A stretch of 64,000 bases of DNA from assembly GCA_963707795.1 (NCBI GenBank), contig OY970174.1, positions 1,874,648 through 1,938,647 on the forward strand, written 5' to 3'. This DNA is from an uncultured Acidobacteriota bacterium (GTDB taxonomy: Bacteria; Acidobacteriota; Vicinamibacteria; Vicinamibacterales; UBA2999). The first letter of the stretch is position 1; each line of letters starts with the position of its first letter. Both the position numbers and the translations under genes were made by a program. Of this stretch, positions 53,531-63,240 are shown one piece after another. The notes below the pieces were generated by a model. That model had not been told where the DNA came from, did not search any database, and saw only the letters and a program-made list of their open reading frames with translations.

Positions 53531-55510
53531 TTACCTCCAGTAGGGCTTCCCGGCCCGGTAGAGAGCCAGACGGCTTCCGATCTCGTCCGCCAGGCCGGAC
53601 TGGCCGGCCGACGAGGCCAGTCGTGCGGCCCGTTCGGCCAGCCCGATCGCCCGATCGAAGCGTCCCGCCGCCGCGTGCGCCGCGGCCAGCGTATCGAGCG
53701 CCGAGGCATCGCGTTCGCCGGTGAGCCGGACCGCACGCTCGGCCGCGGTGAGCCCCTCGTCGAGCATCACGGCGGTGGACTGCGAATCGGTGACCAGGAG
53801 CCACGCCAGCGCGTTGAACGGTTCGGGGGCCTGCGGACCGGCCGTCGTGGCGCGGCGGAAGTGCGCCAGTGCCTGGTCCGAACGGCCGGTCTGCTGCAGC
53901 AGCAGGCCAAGGTTGTAGTGGGCATCGGCGTACTCGGGATCGAGCGCGAGGGCCGCGCGGTACTCGCGGGCGGCCTCGGCGGGCCGGCCGAGGCTGCGCA
54001 GCACCGTGCCGAGGTTCGTGCGCGCCGGAGCGTGCGCGTCCCATGCGGCGAGCGCGCGCTGGTACGCGGCCGCCGCCTCGCGCAGCAGGCCCTGCTGCTG
54101 CCGCGTCACGCCGGTCAGGTTGTGGGCGTCGGCGAGGGCGCGGCGAATCCGCGGGTCGCCCGGCCGCCCCTCGAGCAGGTGCTGGTAGCCGACAATCTGG
54201 CGCTCGGTGGACTTCACCAGGTAGTCCGCCTTCAGGATCGGCAGGTCGGAAGACGCGCGCGGCACCACCTGCAGCCACAGGTTGCCCATCTCGTCGGTCG
54301 ACTGTCCGCCGTAGCGCACCGGCCGCGGCGGTGTGTGCGGATTGCGCGGATTGTCGGCGGAGTTGTCGTAGACATAGCGCATGACGATGGTGGACCCGCG
54401 CGGCAGCGCCGGCGGCGCGGAATACCGGTAGGCGTTCTGCCAGGCGAAGTTCCAGTCGCGGATCCAGATCAGGGATCGTTCCGTGCCGTCGGGGAGCACG
54501 GCCCACGCGCGGAGATCCCGGCCGAGGTAATGCGCGTGCGGGTAGACGGCGAGCAGTTCGACGTCCACGGGCAACGTATAGCGATCCTCGATGGTGTAGC
54601 CGCGCTCGCCGGCGGGGATGTCGATCGCGTAGGACCCGAGCTGGAGGCCCACCGGCCGCCGCGTCGGCGGCTGGTCCGTGAAGAAGAGCCCGACCGACGG
54701 GCGAACGTCCTCGGGTTTGCCGGTGGCCTGCAGGTGGACCTCGATCGCCAGCGCCGCGCCCACCTCCAGCACCCAGGGCATGTCCGGCGGTGCGACGTTG
54801 GGGGAGTAGCCCGGCGCCCACCCCAAAAGGTGCCCGTCCGGGCTGGCGATCGACTCGTCGGCCGACAGCATCCCGTCGGCGTCGGCCTCGCCGCGAATCT
54901 CCGCCGCGGCGGTGACCGTGCCCGGCCGCGCCACCCGCAGGACCGCGTGATGCACCGCGCGGGCATTCCCGGGACGGAACTCGACCGCACGGACGTAACG
55001 CGTGGCGGCGACGGGGACCGGAACCAGAAATGTCCGGAACTGATCGGCACCCTCGGCGGCCATCCGGAACGACTCGGGGACGGTGACCACCAGATCGGGC
55101 TCGCCGACCTGCCAGCCGTGGGCGAAAGCCGGCAGGGCCGGCAACGCCTCGAGATCGCCGGCCGGGGCCCCGGCGTCGGCCCACCGTTGCACGAGTGCGA
55201 TCTGCGCGTCGCTCAGGCGCCGCTCGCCGACGAAGTCGCCGTGGCCGGGCTCGGGCATCCACGGCGGCATGTACCGTGTCGTCACGGCCTCGGCCACCTG
55301 TCTCGCCCGCTTTTGCACATCCTCGTACGTGAGCAGGCTGAACGGCCCGGCCTCGCCGGGCCGATGACACGCCGCGCAGTGGGTGTAGACGATGGGGGCG
55401 ATGTCGCGGGCAAAGGTCGGCGCCGGCGGTGGCGCGCCGGATGCGGCACACGCGGCGCACGCGGCGCACGCGGCGCTCACCACCCACCCGATCGCGGCCA
55501 GCCTCATCAT
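53531..55510 (-). CDS. Exported fusion: c-type heme domain + copper type II ascorbate-dependent monooxygenase (PHM/DBH)-like domain + TPR repeats
   Basis: CAACH heme motif near the N-terminus. PHM/DBH-like copper ligand pattern AVHHAVL ... VEVHLQ ... YPHAHYLG ... QSTDEMGNLW. The C-terminal ~230 aa are TPR repeats (YADAHYNLGLLLQQTGRSDQA...). Confidence 0.75.
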   Translation of the reverse strand: MMRLAAIGWVVSAACAACAACAASGAPPPAPTFARDIAPIVYTHCAACHRPGEAGPFSLLTYEDVQKRARQVAEAVTTRYMPPWMPEPGHGDFVGERRLSDAQIALVQRWADAGAPAGDLEALPALPAFAHGWQVGEPDLVVTVPESFRMAAEGADQFRTFLVPVPVAATRYVRAVEFRPGNARAVHHAVLRVARPGTVTAAAEIRGEADADGMLSADESIASPDGHLLGWAPGYSPNVAPPDMPWVLEVGAALAIEVHLQATGKPEDVRPSVGLFFTDQPPTRRPVGLQLGSYAIDIPAGERGYTIEDRYTLPVDVELLAVYPHAHYLGRDLRAWAVLPDGTERSLIWIRDWNFAWQNAYRYSAPPALPRGSTIVMRYVYDNSADNPRNPHTPPRPVRYGGQSTDEMGNLWLQVVPRASSDLPILKADYLVKSTERQIVGYQHLLEGRPGDPRIRRALADAHNLTGVTRQQQGLLREAAAAYQRALAAWDAHAPARTNLGTVLRSLGRPAEAAREYRAALALDPEYADAHYNLGLLLQQTGRSDQALAHFRRATTAGPQAPEPFNALAWLLVTDSQSTAVMLDEGLTAAERAVRLTGERDASALDTLAAAHAAAGRFDRAIGLAERAARLASSAGQSGLADEIGSRLALYRAGKPYWR

Positions 55511-56103
55511 CGGCGTGACGGCGGATGAAGATGGCAGCCGACGGCGGGAGTGAATCGGGGCGCGGACAGCCGGTCCTGCAGGATCTCGCCGAGCGCGTCC
55601 CGGAGGTCCTCGCGCGTCGGCGCCGGCCGCATCGTGCCCACCGCGGCCTGCTGGTCGTCCACGCGTCCGCGGTACAGCAGGCGCCCGGCGGCGTCGAACA
55701 CGGCGGCCTCGGGTGTCACGGTGATCTCCGCTCGCCCGACCAGCGTGTGCGCGGTATCGCGCAGCACCGGCACGCGGATCCCGAACTCCCGGATCTGGGT
55801 CGCGATGGCCGCGGTGCCGGCGCTCGGATAGACGAGCCACACGCGCACGCCGCGAGGCGTCACGTCATCGACGAGCCGGTTGAGGCGCGGCAGGGCCCGC
55901 CGCGCCACCGGGCAGTCCGGCTCGACGAAGATCAGCGCCACGGCGCGCGCCGTCCGATCGCCGAACACGTCCACCGGCGTGCCGTCGAGCGTGACGACGC
56001 CCGGCGCCGCGGGACGCGGCGCGGCGCGCGGCGGCCGTCCGCCGGGCAGGATGCCGGATGTCATCAGCGCCAACAGCGTCGCAGCGACAGCGGCCCCGTA
56101 CAT
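55507..56103 (-). CDS. Thioredoxin-fold (redoxin/AhpC-TSA-like) protein with a single-Cys CPVA motif
   Basis: A signal/TM segment, then ALIFVEPDCPVARRALPRLN. The stop overlaps the next gene's start. Confidence 0.6.
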   Translation of the reverse strand: MYGAAVAATLLALMTSGILPGGRPPRAAPRPAAPGVVTLDGTPVDVFGDRTARAVALIFVEPDCPVARRALPRLNRLVDDVTPRGVRVWLVYPSAGTAAIATQIREFGIRVPVLRDTAHTLVGRAEITVTPEAAVFDAAGRLLYRGRVDDQQAAVGTMRPAPTREDLRDALGEILQDRLSAPRFTPAVGCHLHPPSRR

Positions 56104-56110
56104 GGCGGTC

Positions 56111-57379
56111 CTACCGGGGCGCGGGCCGATCGCGCAGGGAGTACGAGCGCCGCGACAGGACCTTGACGCCGGGCCGCTTCACGCTCACGTCGATCGCGCG
56201 GACACGCTGCTTCGGGTCCGGGTTGTCCGAGTAGTATCCGAGCACGTAATAGTCGCTGGTCTCGGCATCGATCTGCTTGAGGGCCGGGCCGAAGTCGTTC
56301 TGGTTGACGACCGCGATCCCGCCGGTGCCCGCTGCGAGGAAGCGCAGGCTGCTCTGTGTCTTCTGCAGGTGCCCGCTCCACTCGCGCGAGTCGATCTGTT
56401 GGCCGGCGTCGGTGGTGCCGACCAGTCCGCGCGGGTCGATGGTGTAGAGCGTGGCATTGACGCGGTTGGCGGCGTGCGTGAGCTCGCGCAGTTGCGCGGC
56501 GAGGTCGGAATCGGCGAACACGTTCGCGGAGCGGAAGAACGGGTTGGTTTCGTCGCGGATCATGTCGCGGGTCGGCTGGCCGTAGCGTCCGCCGAAGACC
56601 TTGTCGGTCCCGCGCCGCGCCTCGGGGAACGGATCGAAGTCGTAACCCTGGCTGACGTAGATGACCGCCTTGCGGCGATTGCGCACGCGATCGAGGCTGT
56701 TGATGATGTCGTAGGCGGTGGCGAAGGCATTCGCGGCACGCTGGCGCAGGTTGGCGGGCCCGGACGGGCCCTCGCTGAGCGACGTGATGTCGGCGAAGGT
56801 GAGGCCGTTGCCGGTCACCTTGTCCACGCCGGCCTCCAGCCACTTGTGATCGTAGGTGGGCGGCACTTCGACGGCGGAGGTGCCGGTGGTGTAGAGCGAC
56901 GCCAGATCGCCAGGGCGCACCAGCGTGGCGAGGACGTTCTTCAGCAGTGCGCGCACGTGATGGGAGTTGAGCGCCTCGAGATGGGCGTCGTCCACCAGCA
57001 GCACCAGCACGCGCCCCTCGGCGTCGGCGGCCGGGCGGCTGCCGGGCAGGACGATGCCTTCCATCGCCGGCGGCGCCGGCGCGGCCACGGCGTTGAACGT
57101 GCGGCCGCCGTGCACCAGGACGAACGAGGTGAGCGTCTGCGGGCGTCCGTCCTCGAGCACCACGAAGTCGTCTCGCGTGAGATCGGGCACGAACTGTCCA
57201 CCGTCGTCGCGCACGATGACGTCGGTCGTGACCAGGGTGACCGCGAGCGCGAAGGTCGGGCGCTGATCGGACGTCGGCGCCGCCGGCGGCGCCGGCGTCT
57301 GCGCCGCGAGCCCCGCGCCGGCGACGAGCGACAGCACGGCGGCGCCGCGCCAGCCGCGGGACGACAGTGAAGGGCGCAT
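56111..57379 (-). CDS. Exported VWFA-related domain protein (Acidobacteria-type)
   Basis: A signal peptide, then FALAVTLVTTDVIVRDDGGQFVPDLTRDDFVVLEDGRPQTLTSF and a VWA-like region VLVLLVDDAHL...AVIYVSQG. Confidence 0.75.
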   Translation of the reverse strand: MRPSLSSRGWRGAAVLSLVAGAGLAAQTPAPPAAPTSDQRPTFALAVTLVTTDVIVRDDGGQFVPDLTRDDFVVLEDGRPQTLTSFVLVHGGRTFNAVAAPAPPAMEGIVLPGSRPAADAEGRVLVLLVDDAHLEALNSHHVRALLKNVLATLVRPGDLASLYTTGTSAVEVPPTYDHKWLEAGVDKVTGNGLTFADITSLSEGPSGPANLRQRAANAFATAYDIINSLDRVRNRRKAVIYVSQGYDFDPFPEARRGTDKVFGGRYGQPTRDMIRDETNPFFRSANVFADSDLAAQLRELTHAANRVNATLYTIDPRGLVGTTDAGQQIDSREWSGHLQKTQSSLRFLAAGTGGIAVVNQNDFGPALKQIDAETSDYYVLGYYSDNPDPKQRVRAIDVSVKRPGVKVLSRRSYSLRDRPAPR

Positions 57380-57404
57380 CGTCGAATTATAATCCTCGGT
57401 ACCG

Positions 57405-59171
57405 ATGGATCAGGTCGTCGGCCGCCGCCTCGGCGAAGCCATCGTGATCGCGGCGCTGAGCCTCGGCACGGCCTCCGCACAGCCCGCGAGCGCCGGCCGT
57501 CCCTCCTTCCCGACCGTGGCGGGACCCGAGGCGCAGCAGGCCTTTCTCTCCGGTCTTGCCTGGCTCCACAGCTTCGAGTACGAGCAGGCCATCGCGTCGT
57601 TTCGCGCCGCGCAGGCGAGCGAACCCGGGTTCGCCATGGCGTACTGGGGCGAAGCGATCTGCTACCAGCAGTTCCTCTGGGGCAACGAGGACCCGGCGAT
57701 GGCCCGGCAGGTCCTCGGCCGCCTGGGCCCCACGCCGGCCGCCCGCGCCGCACGCGCGGCATCGCCGCGGGAAGCGGCGTGGCTCGCCTCGCTCGACGTG
57801 CTCTTCGGACCGGGCGATCGCGCCGACCGCCTGGCGCGCTACGCCGCGGCGATGGGCGCACTCGCGTCCGCCGATCCTGCCGACGCCGAAGCGGCGGTGT
57901 TCGAGGGCCTCGCGTTGATGGCCACGGCGGCGCGCGGAATGGCCGGCGCCCATCACGGCGGCAGCATGGAGGCGCCACAGTTGGCGGGGAGCCCGATCCA
58001 GGACCGCGCGGCGCGCATCTTCAAGGACGTCCTGCAGCGCGACCCGCGGCACCCGGGCGCGCTGCACTACCTGATTCACGTCTACGACGACCCGGTGCAC
58101 GCCAGCGAGGCGCTCGAGCCCGCACGGCGATACGCGGAAGTGGCGCCCGAATCCAGCCACGCGCGCCACATGCCCGCGCACGTCTTCCTGCAGCTCGGCC
58201 GATGGCACGAGGCGGCCGCGTCCGACGAGGCGGCGTTCGCGGCATCGGAAGCCATGGTCGCGCGACAGGCGCTGCCGGCGACGATGCGCGACTATCACGC
58301 GCTGTCCTGGCTCGTGTACGAGTACCTGCAGCTCGGACGGTTCGCCGACGCCCGGCAGGCACTCGACCAGCTGGCGGCGGTCGCGGACGAGAGCCGGCTG
58401 CCCGCCCTGCTGTCGCTTCGCGCCACGTTGCGGGCGCGCGTGGTGGCCGAAGCGGGCGCATGGCGCGAGATGCCCGGGCCGGGCTACGTGAACTACGACG
58501 AGCTGTTCGCCGTCGGACTCGGCGCGATCGCGCGCGGCGAGGCGGGGCTCGCCGAGCTCGCGCGCGAGCGGCTCACCGAGATGAGCATGGCCGAGCGGTA
58601 CCGTGAGCGGAAGCCGCTGCTGGACATCATGGCACGCGTCTTGTCCGCGCGGCTTCGTCACAGCGCCGGCGATCCGGACGGCGCGCTGGCCGCACTCGGC
58701 GAGGCCGCCGATCTCGAAGCGACGCTGCCCGTCTCGATCGGCCCCCCGCCGCTCATCAAGCCTGCCCTCGAGATCTACGGTGAGCTGCTGCTCGAGCGAC
58801 AGCGCGCGCGCGAGGCGGATGCGCAGTTCGCGCGATCGCTCGACCGGGCACGCAACCGTTCGGCGTCGCTGCTCGGACGCGCCCGCGCCGCGGTCATGCT
58901 CGGCGAGACCGAGCGCGCGCAGACCTACTACCGGCAGTTCCTCGACAACTGGAAGGCGGCGGACGCGGATCGGGCGGAAAGCCGTGAAGCGCGGGAGTTT
59001 CTGGCCGCCCCGACCGCGACCCCCTCCTCGCGAATCGGAGTCTGGCCGCTCGTCGCAACGAGCGGGCTGGTCCTGGCTGGCGTCGCCTTTTTGTGGGTGA
59101 AGCAGAGCCGGCGGGCGGCCGCCCCGGTCCGTCCACGCCGCCATCGGGCGCGCCGGCACCCCGGATCTTGA
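57405..59171 (+). CDS. Exported helical-repeat (TPR-like) protein with a C-terminal TM anchor
   Basis: A signal peptide and repeated helical hairpins (FEYEQAIASFRAAQASEPGFAMAYWGEA...). The C-terminal TM is VWPLVATSGLVLAGVAFLWV. Confidence 0.6.
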   Translation: MDQVVGRRLGEAIVIAALSLGTASAQPASAGRPSFPTVAGPEAQQAFLSGLAWLHSFEYEQAIASFRAAQASEPGFAMAYWGEAICYQQFLWGNEDPAMARQVLGRLGPTPAARAARAASPREAAWLASLDVLFGPGDRADRLARYAAAMGALASADPADAEAAVFEGLALMATAARGMAGAHHGGSMEAPQLAGSPIQDRAARIFKDVLQRDPRHPGALHYLIHVYDDPVHASEALEPARRYAEVAPESSHARHMPAHVFLQLGRWHEAAASDEAAFAASEAMVARQALPATMRDYHALSWLVYEYLQLGRFADARQALDQLAAVADESRLPALLSLRATLRARVVAEAGAWREMPGPGYVNYDELFAVGLGAIARGEAGLAELARERLTEMSMAERYRERKPLLDIMARVLSARLRHSAGDPDGALAALGEAADLEATLPVSIGPPPLIKPALEIYGELLLERQRAREADAQFARSLDRARNRSASLLGRARAAVMLGETERAQTYYRQFLDNWKAADADRAESREAREFLAAPTATPSSRIGVWPLVATSGLVLAGVAFLWVKQSRRAAAPVRPRRHRARRHPGS

Positions 59172-61655
59172 TTCTCCTCCTCGTCTTTCTCTCCGGGCTC
59201 GCAGCCCTCGTCTACCAGGTGCTCTGGCTGCGCGATCTGGGGCTCCTCTTCGGCAATACGGCGCAGGCGGCGGCGGTCGACATCGCCGTCTTCTTCGGCG
59301 GACTCGCCGCCGGAGCCGCAGTGTTCGGACGGGTGATGCCTCGCCTGGCGAATCCTCTCCGCGTCTACGGGTACGTGGAGCTGGGCATCGCGGCGTCCGC
59401 CCTCCTCTACCTGGGGCTCACCGACGCATATCGCGTGGCCTACGTGGCCCTGGCCGAGCCAATCGGCGCCGTCCCCGCTGGCGCAATCGTCCTCAAGATG
59501 GCGATGGCCGTATTGCTGCTCGGCCCCGCGACCTTCCTGATGGGCGGCACGCTCCCGCTGATCGTGCAGCACGTGGTGCGCCAGGGCGAGGCGCTGGGGC
59601 GGCAGGGACCGCTGTTCTACGGCGTCAACACGCTGGGCGCCACGCTCGGCGCCTTCGGCGCCGGTTTCGTGCTGCCGCCGCTGCTGGGATTCGACCGGAG
59701 CTATCGTGTTCGCCATCCTCGTCAACGCCGGCGTCGGCGTCGCGGCACTCCTGCTCAGCCGCGGTGCCGCGCCACTCTCGCGCGGCGCGCCCGGCACGAA
59801 GCCTGGACGCCACGCAGCAGCCGTGGCGACGCGCCGCCTCCCCGTGCGCGTCGGAGTACTCGCGTTCGTGTCCGGTGCGCTCACGCTGGCGCTCGAGATC
59901 AGCTGGATCCGCATGTGCGCGCAGGTCCTCGACCATTCCACCTACGTCTTCTCGGCCATCCTCGTCGTCTTTCTGCTGGCGCTGGCGTGCGGATCGCTCG
60001 TGGCCAGGCGGCTGGCCGGCCTTGCCGCCGACCCGGCGCGCGTGCTGGCCCTGCTTCTCATCGCCAGCACGGTGGCCGTCGCGATCCAGCCCCCGCTCTT
60101 CGTCGCGTTCACCGATCAGCTCTCGCCGGTGACGAGCGACGGCGACTGGAGCGCGTACGTCACGCGCGTCTTCCAGCTCGTGGCCGCCGTGATCTTCGTC
60201 CCCGGCCTGATCGTCGGGACCATCTTCCCGTATCTGCTGCGCGTCCAGGGCCGCGCGGACGTGCCGGGCGCGGTGCTCGCGCGGCTCAGCTATCTCAACC
60301 TGGCGGGCGGCATCGCCGGCTCGCTGGCGGCGAGCTTCGTGGCGCTGCCGCTGCTCGGGCTGTGGCGCACGATGCAGCTGGTCGCCGCCGGGTACGGCCT
60401 TTCGGTGCTCGGCACGGCCGTCACCGGCCGGACGCGAGTCGCCGCGATGGCCGCCGCCGTGCTCGCCGTCGTGCTCGTCGATGCCGGGCAGTTGCCCGTG
60501 TTGCACCTCGACGAGGGGCGCGGGGAGCGCGTGCTAAATGTTCGCGAGGGCGCGCACGGCATCGTCGGCGTAACGGAAACGCACGATGGGCGGATGCTCC
60601 GGCTGAACAACTCTTATCACCTGGGCGGAACAGTCGCCCGCATCGAGCGTGAGCGCATCCAGACGTTCCTCCCGTTGACGCTCCATCCTCGTCCGGAGTC
60701 GGTGTTCTTTCTCGGGCTGGGCACCGGGATTACCGCCGGCGAGGCGGTCCGCCATCCGGTCTCGCGCATCGACGTCTGCGAGCTGGTGCCGGAAGTCGTC
60801 GAGGCGTCGCGGGCGTACTTCGGCGAGTGGACGCGCGGCCTGGCTGACGACCCGCGCGCCGACATCCGGGCGGAAGACGGCCGCCACTGGTTGTCCACCA
60901 CCGCCGAGACCTACGACGTCGTGATCTCCGATCTGTTCGTGCCGTGGCATGCCGGCACCGGATCGCTGTATTCGCGCGAGCACTTCGCGACGGTGCGCGC
61001 GCGGCTGCGGCCCGGCGGTATCTTCGCGCAGTGGTTGCCGCTGTTTCAGCTGAGCGAGCGCGACTTTGCCGTGATCGCGCGCACGCTCCTGGAAGTCTTT
61101 CCGCACGTCACTATCTGGCGGGGAGACTTCTACGCGAACCGGCCGATTGTCGGGCTCATCGCCTCGGCCACGCCGATGGTCCTCGACGGTGACCGCCTGC
61201 GGGCACGCGTGCGACAGGTCGTGCCCGACTCGGACGGATTCGCGGTGCCGAGACTGCTCCCCTTCTATGCCGGCAACCTCGGGGAGGCCCCCGGCGTGCT
61301 CGGAAGCGGGGCGGTGAACACCGACGACCGTGCCGTGATCGAATACCTCGCCCCCACCGCGCAATGGAGCGGAGCCTCTGGCTTGACGTCGTGGTTCGTG
61401 GCCATGCCGCTGGCGCGGTTCGTCGAGCGGCTGCAGGGTATGGTCCCGCCCGAGCGCGACCCGTACTTGTCGGCCCTGTCACCCGGCGAGCGGAGGTACG
61501 TGGCGGCCGGCGCCGCCTACTACCGTGCGATCGTGCTCGGGCTGGCCAACGACGAGATCGCGGCCCGACGCGCGCTCGCCGAGGCGCTCGAACCGTTTCC
61601 AGAGGCGATCGCGATCCGCGGACCGTTCATGGCGCTCGATCCACTGCTGCGCTGA
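59168..61655 (+). pseudogene. Polytopic membrane domain fused to a spermidine-synthase-like methyltransferase-fold domain, one +1 frame break near ~59705
   Basis: N-terminal TM bundle LILLLVFLSGLAALVYQVLWLRDLGLLFG... A second TM bundle follows after the break (VFAILVNAGVG...). SpeE-like core FFLGLGTGITAGEA...VCELVPEV...YDVVISDLFVPW. The start is uncertain (TTG 59168 or upstream). Confidence 0.7.
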
Positions 61656-61668
61656 CCGCCCTGGCCGT

Positions 61669-63177
61669 TCAGGGCACGGCGCCTCCCAGCTTCTCGGCGG
61701 CTGGCCGGAACGCGGGATTCTCCTGGAGGGCGCGCTGGTACATGCGCCGCGCCTCGGCCGCATCACCCTGCATTTCTGCCCACAGGCCGAGGTTGAACCA
61801 GGCGTCGGCGTTCTGCGGGTATCGCCGCACCTCTTCGCGAAAGAGCTCCACCGCCGGCCCCGGCCGGTCGAGCCGCATGAGTACGACGCCGAGGTTGTTG
61901 TGCGCCTTCGGCGTTGCCGGGTCGAGCGCCAGGGCGCGGCGATATTCGTCCTGGGCGCCGGTCAGGTCGCCGGCCTGCTCGCGCAGCTGTCCGAGGTTGA
62001 CGTGCGCGATCGGCGCATGGCGGGCGCTCCGCGTGCCGTTCTGCCAGTAGGTCAGCGGATCGCGGAACACCGACGAGTGCAGCAGCGCCTGGACGGCGAA
62101 GACCACCGCGACTGCGCTCGCGGCGCGCGCCGGGCCGGGGCGTGTCGCTCGCGACAGCACCGCCGCGAGCACGAGCGCGGCGCCAGCCATCGGGACGTAC
62201 ATCCGGTGCTCGTAGGCCGGCAGGTCCGGCACCAGCAGGCCGGGCGCAAGGAAGAGCAACAACCAGCCGTAACCGGTCGCGGCGAGCCGCCACGGGATCA
62301 GGCGGGCAGAAGCGGCGCACACCGCGACGGCGATGACGCCCAGCGTCAGCGAGAACGCATCGGCCCCCGGCATCACGTTCAACCGGAGCGGCGCAATCAG
62401 CTTGCCGAGATGCACCAGCAGATGCGGCAGATTGTGCAGGACATCCGACGGTGCGGCCGTCGTCGCGGACGATCCGGCAAGCGCGGACGCGCGCAGGATG
62501 TACCACACGACGAGCACCGCGGCATCGCCCACCGCCAGCGCCGGCCACGGCCATCGCCGTCCGCGGCGCTCGCTCAGCCGCCAGAGCATGAACAGGGCGA
62601 GCGGGATGGCGAGGGCGGTCTCCTTGGAGAACAGCGCCAGGGCGAAGGCGGCGACGTGCAGGGCGAGCCAGCGCACCGCTCCCGTGTCGATGACCCCGAC
62701 GAAGGCGCGGACCGCGAGCAGGGTGAACAACCCGAACAACAACTCGTTGCGGCCGGCGATCCAGGCCACCGCCTGCGCGTTCGCCGGGTGCACGGCGAAG
62801 AGGAGCGACGACAACAGCGCCGCCTGCCGCGAGGTGCCGAGCGCAATCAGCAGGCGCCACAGCGCCAGCACGACGGCCGCGTGCAGAACGACGTTGGTCG
62901 CATGGTACGGCCCCGGGTCCGCCCCGGCCCGCTGCGCGTCCAGCATGAGCGAGGCAATGGCGACCGGCCGGTAGTAGGTCTCGAGCGTGCCGGTGTCCTG
63001 CTCGGTCTGGAAGTAGCTGCGGGCGAACGCCTCCGGCAGCCGCGTCAGGTCGCGCAGGAACGCCTGGTTGCCGGCGATGAGGTCGAGATCATCGGCCTGG
63101 ACGAAGCCGAACGTCGCCGTGCGCCCGTACAGCAGCAGCGCGGCGACGACGAGCAGGAGCGCTGGACGCCAGGGCAC
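61669..63177 (-). CDS. Polytopic membrane protein with C-terminal TPR repeats (PMT_2/TMTC-like glycosyltransferase architecture)
   Basis: About 10 TM helices with a YYRP motif in the first loop. The C-terminal TPRs read AHVNLGQLREQAGDLTGA..., AHNNLGVVLMRLDRPGPA..., ADAWFNLGLWAEMQGD... Confidence 0.7.
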   Translation of the reverse strand: MPWRPALLLVVAALLLYGRTATFGFVQADDLDLIAGNQAFLRDLTRLPEAFARSYFQTEQDTGTLETYYRPVAIASLMLDAQRAGADPGPYHATNVVLHAAVVLALWRLLIALGTSRQAALLSSLLFAVHPANAQAVAWIAGRNELLFGLFTLLAVRAFVGVIDTGAVRWLALHVAAFALALFSKETALAIPLALFMLWRLSERRGRRWPWPALAVGDAAVLVVWYILRASALAGSSATTAAPSDVLHNLPHLLVHLGKLIAPLRLNVMPGADAFSLTLGVIAVAVCAASARLIPWRLAATGYGWLLLFLAPGLLVPDLPAYEHRMYVPMAGAALVLAAVLSRATRPGPARAASAVAVVFAVQALLHSSVFRDPLTYWQNGTRSARHAPIAHVNLGQLREQAGDLTGAQDEYRRALALDPATPKAHNNLGVVLMRLDRPGPAVELFREEVRRYPQNADAWFNLGLWAEMQGDAAEARRMYQRALQENPAFRPAAEKLGGAVP

Positions 63178-63181
63178 GGGT

Positions 63182-63210
63182 AAAAAAAGGGCGGACCCGA
63201 GGGTCCGCCC
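63182..63210 (-). terminator. Rho-independent terminator after the TonB-dependent receptor gene
   Basis: The minus strand reads GGGCGGACCC-tc-GGGTCCGCCC followed by TTTTTTTA. The perfect ~9-10-bp GC stem is at 63189-63210 and the T-tract at 63182-63188. Confidence 0.8.
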
Positions 63211-63240
63211 TGGAGAAGCGTTGCTGACGCCTGCGCGCGC

